A DNA stretch of 63,285 nt, the filler included, from Licmophora abbreviata (lineage: Eukaryota), in assembly GCA_900291995.1 (NCBI GenBank). It is 12 parts of 12 records of this genome, joined end to end, with 100 filler letters (N's around TTAATTAATTAA, not from the genome) between each part and the next. Parts side by side here need not be neighbours in the genome. Positions count along the whole stretch, not along the records: positions 54,881 to 58,172 come from OLMU01002045.1; positions 58,273 to 63,285 come from OLMU01002046.1; 10 more parts are not named here. One strand, 5' to 3'. A program made the translations under genes and the position numbers. The notes below the pieces were generated by a model. The model saw only the letters and a list, made by a program, of their open reading frames with translations, did not search any database and was not told the DNA's origin. Shown piece by piece: positions 57,081 to 63,285 of the stretch (positions are counted from its first letter, which is position 1; every line of letters begins with the position of its first letter).

Positions 57081-60000
57081 TTACCAATTGTAATGGTCTG
57101 CAATAGCTTGAACGATGGTCTTTGCAGTGTCGCGATCGCCGTCTGCCTTGTTGAGCATTATCCCGACCGACGTTCCAGACTTCCTATGGTAAAAGCCAAT
57201 GGATCCTCCGACACCAGCGTGTCCAAAAGCCCCTGGGCTTTCTCCCATGTCGCTGTCAAACCGGATGAGCTGATATCCTAGTCCCAGCGAAATTCCACCG
57301 TCATCGCTATTGCTAGATGCCATAACGGTTTGTCCTTGCAGCTCATTGGCAGTATTCTCATGAGTGACAACAACTGTGGCCGAGCTCAGACTATCTTGTC
57401 GCATGATGCGGCCACTGCCAACGTCATGGTAGAAATGCGCCAGGCCCATTGCGGAGAATCTCCCTCCTGCTGCAGGGACGTTGGCGACCCGAGCTTCCTC
57501 GCAATTCCATATTCTTGGATCAAGAAGAAACTCCTTCCCTTTGAATGATTCACGCATCTGACTCAATGTGCTGCTCATGACATCATTCTCTTTTTCTTCA
57601 CCAACTGCCTCCGCCTCACGACGCATTTGAAGTATCTTGCTAACGTTAATGTTAGCAGTCTCCGTATCGGTCGTCGGGAACTCACCTGAGCCACCGCATG
57701 GTCGGAAGCCAAACCGGAGCGTGTTGGCAGAAAGCTTAGGCTTCAGGATGGCCTCGTAGACCTCCTCGAAAGTGCTTGACGTTTTCTTGTGACGAAGTGA
57801 GTACGCCCCACATAGAGCTCCGGCAACGAGCCAACCAAACGACATGTAGTGATACTCGCTCTTTAAACCTGGCTCTGTCGAGGGGAGGATCGTCTCCTCA
57901 GGATGCTCTGGGTTGAACTCGAAAGCTGAACAGCATTCTTCTTATGATGCCATGGACTTGATGGTCATGCGAGCAGGAAGCGCGGACCACATCCCTGAGG
58001 TATGAGTCAGGATGTGCCTCAATGTGACGCGTCGTTTCCAAGACCACTGCTGTGCGAGTTGCACGACAGGAATACGGAGCGATGTTTGGAGCTCCGACGG
58101 AAAATTCACAGTTGGACAGAAAGCGGGCCAAACTCGCTCGCAAATGGGATCGTCATAAGAAAGATATCCCTCNNNNNNNNNNNNNNNNNNNNNNNNNNNN
58201 NNNNNNNNNNNNNNNNTTAATTAATTAANNNNNNNNNNNNNNNNNNNNNNNNNNNNNNNNNNNNNNNNNNNNAATGGGATCGTCATAAGAAAGATATCCC
58301 TCCTCAACCATGACGTGCGCCAAAGTCGCAGCAATAGCCTTAGTACAAGAGTATCCTAGTACAAGCGCGTCAGAGCGCATGGCACTGCGGTGCTTGAGAC
58401 CTCCCATGTGACCCTTAACATTATTCGTGAGTATTCGGTCATGGTTGTCTATGACACAAACTTGCGCCCCGGCAATCATGTCCTTGTCGTTTAGCTCTCC
58501 AAGTATGCGACTGACTTTCACGTGGAGTTCCACATCGCCGACCTTCTCGCTCGCAGAAGAAAAGGGAGCAGGCTTGATGCTGTAGTAGTCGGAACGAGCC
58601 AGACCCCGCTCAGCATATGGCTTCAGTACGTCAAGAAAGGACATTTCAATGTTTAACTTTGAGCCAAGCCCGTGCAGCAATTCATTCACGCGCACAAAGA
58701 AGAAAAATTCGCCAGGGTATGCTTTCGATTCCATCGGCACTTTATTGCCCTTGCTACTACTAGTCATTCGTTTCTGTGACGTGAGTAGGCAGGTAAATTA
58801 GAGCGATCGACATGACACGCGACACACCATACACTCAGCATCGGACTCACTCGATCCGTCTTTATCCTGGCCTTGATTCTTTTCCGAGACTTCTCTCGAG
58901 GTGCCATATCACGCAAGAAGAAGCGGAGCCCCTCCATATCCTCTGTGACATTCTCGCGTTTCATTTTGAGACCGATCGTCTTGAAGGCGTCCAATAGCAG
59001 ACCAAAATCGAAGGTTGCGGCGGCGTATACCATTTGGCAGAAAGCCACCCTTTTCTGTTCCGCAAGGCATTTGGCAAGTCCCCAATCCAATAGAACAATC
59101 GTGAATCCATCCGTGTCGGATACCTTTGTACCCCGCCTAATGAGCAGGTTCCCGGCATGGGGGTCTCCATTGAAGATATCGGTAACATACATCATGTGGG
59201 CGAAGGCTTGCGCGACCGCATCCATAACAGACTCGCGGGGCAAACCCCACTTTTGAATCTGCTGGAGATCATCGATTCGGACTCCCTCACAGAAACTCAT
59301 TACCAGAACATCGTTCGTTGAGAGACCGTCAATTGGGCGAGGAACCTCCACTTGAAATGGGACCGACCTCGGACAAGCCTCTGTCGCATTCGTGTGGATC
59401 AATGATGTTTTGTCTGTCATCAGCCTATCAATTGACTCTTGCGCAGTCTTCAGGTTCCTGACCTCGGAGACAAAATCAAGTTCCTTTCTTGACTCCACAG
59501 CCCACTCTCGCATCAAAATTTCAAAGAACTTGTACTCTGGCTCCATCCAAGTTACAATGCGTGAAATGACCGCCATGGACCAGAAATCGTCGGTCAAGAG
59601 CGTCCGGGCGTGTGGATGCTGAACCTTGAACACAACTTTCTCGCCAGTCGACTTTAAACAAGCCGTATGTACCTGCCCGATCGACGCACTGGCGAGGGGA
59701 GTTTTCGAAATTTCTGTTAGCGCCTCAAGGACCCCGGGCGCCTTTGCAAGCATCTTTTCGACATCCTTCCATTCAGTAGCGGGAGCCTCGTCTTGGAGTT
59801 TCTTGAGCTCACGGACGTACGATGCCGGCATGAAATCTGCGCGGGAACTCAAATACTGCGCCGACTTGGTCCATAGACCTCTCAATCGGAGAATGCTCAC
59901 GTACAAGAAACGGGCAGAAATCTCGTAATTCGCATCCCAAATCGCATCCTCGTTCGTATCCTCTCCAAACTTGGCGCCCAGTTTGGCAGGAGCCGCCGTG

Positions 60001-60506
60001 AACATGTTTTCTCTCCAGCGAGCAAGTTTCATTCGAATAATCACAATAAAGGCGACTGCAAAGACCTCCAGCCGGCGATAGTCCACTCCATGCATCGTGC
60101 GATGGCGAACGAGCGGGGCTGAGGCTATGGCACACTTCAACACGAGCAGGGAGAAGGGATGAAGGGTAATCTGGAGCCACTGCTGTTCGTTGTACAAGAG
60201 AGGAAGGTAGGATGTTGCCAACACGGGAGCCAGACTAACAGCCCACGACAGGCAACGCCAGTACGCGTACAGAAAGACGAGAGACAGGAGTGTCGCGGTA
60301 CCTCTTGCGAACAAATCCAGCTGCTGCACTGACACGAGAATGTTCTGGGCCTCGAGACGAGCACATCTCGCCGACAGGATTTTAAGGTGTCTTTCGAGCT
60401 CTTCGTCTTTGACCATCGATCCAGGAATCTCCTCTATTTCCGGGATGGAGCTTTCGTCCATCAGCTTGTCGTCTCGATTGTTCTTTTCTGATGACGAAAA
60501 AACCAT
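57081..60506 (-). CDS. ABC1/UbiB atypical kinase fused to a serine beta-lactamase-like domain (intron 58774-58850; spacer at 58173; in-frame TAA at 57942-57944; start uncertain)
   Basis: LQDEAP, PLASASIGQVH, VFKVQHP, ELDF, DPHAGN, LDWG; then YSCTK (SxxK), ILTHTSG, YHY, FGHAG. Confidence 0.88.
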
Positions 60507-61064
60507 TTCGGAAGCAACTTTGGTCGCGCGGTCTTCCTGATTGCTACCTTTCGCCTTTCCTATCTGAGCGCCCACTGTCAACCACCGAAGCCACGATCCA
60601 ACTAGTTCCGCCGTGCCAAGAACCACTTCGACACCCTTCGACGAAGCTCAGCACGAATTGACGAGAATGTGCTTCAAAACCAGGAGCACATGTTCAAAAC
60701 TGAGGAGCGATGATTCGATTGAATCGTCCGACTCAACTGCGTCAGGAAGAGTGAAGGAGCGAAGGTCAGACAGACATTTTCAATTTGACATGGGCGGGAG
60801 GGACTGACAGGCGCGGAGTCTAGTTTTTTTTAATGTATCAAGACTTGTGGAATGTGCATTGAATCAATCCCGCATATGAACCGCAATATGGCGCACCCGC
60901 CGAATTCTTGACATTTAAGTGATTGGATGTCACGGATTCCAAAGGTCACGCCGTCACGCCGCACGATCAACGGTCGCCATCCTTACGCCGCTTGTTCGAC
61001 CTGTTCTTCGTTTCACGTCGACACAACAAAATTGATTGTATTGAACAAGTGCATCGGAGCTACC

Positions 61065-62502
61065 ATGGAAGTCACAGAAGAGGATTATCTCGAGGAGAAT
61101 GTCGGCTGGGCGAACTTTGACGACGTCCAGATTCAGTTCGATCTGAAGGGTAAATCCATGGCCAAGGGATTGCCTCATCAGCTCGAGCTTGCACAGGACG
61201 CCACCGATACGACATATGACACGCGAATCATGGATCACTCACTTCTGACGGAGGACACGCGAGAAGAGGAAGAGGAATCGCAAGACGAGACAAAGAGACG
61301 ATGCTGGTTGATTTTGGCGACCGTGATTGCAACATTGGCGCTTGTGGCACTGGCTCTCGTTCTAATTTTCCTTCTTGTTGACATGGGTGGGGGATCAGAC
61401 GACATGAGCGGCGGATCGGACGAATCTCCGACCATCGTATCTTCAGATTCCAATAAACGAACATGCAACGGTCTGATGAGCAACTGCGACCTCAAAGTGA
61501 ACGAGGCCATCTACGCGACGGTGAACGAGGCCATGAGCTCCAAGGACGAAGGCTTTGAGCCATTCAACAATCTTCTGCCACTAGAGGTGTGTTCACTCGC
61601 TTCCATTCGTATTGCAATAGCAACACAGCGAATACATACTCACGTCATTTATTTTTTTGCGTTTCTTCTTCAGGACGCTCTGGAAGCAGGATTCCGGGGC
61701 CTCTTCCTGAGTTCTTGCGAGTGCGGCTCCCAGGGGGTTCAACTGTGTTCCGAGTTCTGCTCGACGGGCTATCGACCATCCGTCCCGGTGTTCCGGATGC
61801 TCTATGACTTTCTGGAATCAAATCCATCCGAAGTGATCATTCTCAATATTGAGGTGTTTGACGACTCCTTACTGACATTGTTTGCGGGTGTCTTTGACTC
61901 GGTTCCTGGCTTGGAATCTCACATGTATTCACATCCCAACATCCGAACAGAATGGCCCACGTTGGGCGACTTGATCGACTTTAAGCAGGTTCGGCATCAT
62001 TTCCCCTAGCATCGCGTACTTGCATATCCTGTCCATCGTACACCGTTGGCTCACTCTGTCTGCTTTCTACTGCCTGCCTCAACAGAGACTCATCGTCTTT
62101 CAACATGGCGGTCCAAACTGCGCCGTTCATGGAGAGTGCCCGCCTGGCGTGCACAACACATACGCGTACATGTTTGACACACCTTCTGATGCCGCTGGCT
62201 TGGATGGTATCAAGGACTACGATGAATCGTGCTCGGTAGCGCGTGGTTCGTCAGTAAAGGCCCCTTTCTTCATCTCCAACCACCACGCTCAGGGCAGCGA
62301 AGGTCTGCCGAACCCGAATCTCGCCGTCGCTGTCAACGACGAGCAGACGCTGAAAGTTCGTTTGGAAGCCTGCCAAGACAAGATAGAAAGAAAAGTGAAC
62401 ATGCTCGCGGTTGACTTTTGGAGCATTGGTGACACCCTCCGGGTGGTTCAGAGCGAGAACGAACGCCGCTCCGAGTTACTGACACGCTCGCGAAGGCGGT
62501 GA
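61065..62502 (+). CDS. Single-pass membrane protein with PI-PLC X-like phosphodiesterase domain, catalytically degenerate (introns 61587-61673, 61989-62085)
   Basis: TM helix, TCNG...CDL, LEAGFRGL, NPSEVIIL, WPTLGDLI, RLIVF, VNMLAVDFWSIGD. Confidence 0.8.
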
Positions 62503-62764
62503 TTTCGTCCCGGCGAGAAAAGATCCTCTGTTACCATTGCTTGTTTCGCTCTACATGTAACATATTTTATACACTTTTCGCCACCGCTTCATTACGAAAC
62601 TACCTGATTACAAAAGAAAGACTTGGTTGGTGTGAATAGCATAACCGGGTGTCGGTGTGTACCAGCAAGGTATGCTCCCTGTACTCGTACTTGGAATTAT
62701 GTATGGGTTATGTGTTGTGGGAATGCATCCAAAAAGACCTGGCCGGCGTCAGTTGCGTATCCCC

Positions 62765-62809
62765 GAGTGAGTGAGTGAGTGAGACTGACTGACTCGACTC
62801 AGTCGAGTC
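62765..62809. repeat. (GAGT)n / GACTC simple-repeat tract ending in an inverted repeat
   Basis: GAGTGAGTGAGTGAGT followed by GACTCGACT-C-AGTCGAGTC (62791-62809). Confidence 0.7.
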
Positions 62810-62916
62810 TTGCATTGGTCGGAGTTTCAGTTGAGATGAGCTGAGCAGCTGAGTTTCTATAAAAAGAAAGCTACAGACATTTAGACAAGCAAATGCTTCC
62901 CGCAATATTTCCGTCC

Positions 62917-63270
62917 TCAATCAAGTCTCTCACAAATTTCGTGTGAGGCGTTCTTGTAAATGAAAATGCCCTGAGCACCATGTCGTCGTCGTTGAACTAT
63001 GGAAACGAGGCTGTTGAATATGATCACTCGCAGCACATGCAGGTGATGGAATCTTGGGATCTGCAAGCGCCAGAGGAAGATGTTTTCGCTTTGGGAGCTG
63101 TGCCGCCCGCCGATCCCGTTATCGCCGTGGGCGACGGGGCCCCTGTCCCAAACTATGGTGATTTCAGCAGCGCTAACGGAAGCCGCGGGCTCAATCGCAA
63201 ACGCGTACGTCTTGGCGCTCTCCTGTTGCTCATTGGTCTTCTTGCTGGCGCTGGTGTCATCATATGGCAA
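62917..63270 (-). CDS. Hypothetical ORF
   Basis: 117-aa ORF at the window edge with no recognisable motif. Confidence 0.2.
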   Translation of the reverse strand: MPYDDTSASKKTNEQQESAKTYAFAIEPAASVSAAEITIVWDRGPVAHGDNGIGGRHSSQSENIFLWRLQIPRFHHLHVLRVIIFNSLVSIVQRRRHGAQGIFIYKNASHEICERLD

Positions 63271-63285
63271 TTTGCATTTGACGAC

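Noticed and set aside
12296..57944. Stop-codon reassignment (alternative genetic code)
   Set aside because: Only three internal stops, one of each type, while many long ORFs have none and all three codons terminate genes normally.
57081..58400. Antibiotic-resistance beta-lactamase
   Set aside because: It is the C-terminal serine-hydrolase domain of an intron-containing eukaryotic ABC1 kinase fusion.

Overview
Gene-dense, intron-containing eukaryotic nuclear DNA, very likely from a diatom. The evidence is short GT-AG introns, signal peptide + ASAFAP-type bipartite plastid presequences, a nuclear-encoded sigma-70 factor and a divergent H2A/H2B pair. The window is a draft scaffold of 12 contigs joined by 11 artificial 100-nt spacers (N44-TTAATTAATTAA-N44). 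About 33 protein-coding genes can be supported, most of them housekeeping, and several were rebuilt by hand across introns. I found no rRNA, tRNA, CRISPR array, prophage or intact transposon, and no clearly new multi-gene system. The best leads are: (i) a run of three unrelated Fe(II)/2-oxoglutarate oxygenases plus a D-amino-acid PLP enzyme beside the branched-chain keto-acid E2; (ii) a 130-aa plastid-targeted protein with an ATG-only first exon that the ORF track misses; (iii) a duplication of the 3' ends of two convergent genes whose stop codons overlap; (iv) a bacterial-type Zn-ADH with a peroxisomal SKL tail and an in-frame TGA; (v) an unusual density of in-frame stops and frameshifts in otherwise intact genes; (vi) several uncommon domain fusions or pseudo-enzymes. 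Family calls come from motif recognition only; no searches were run.
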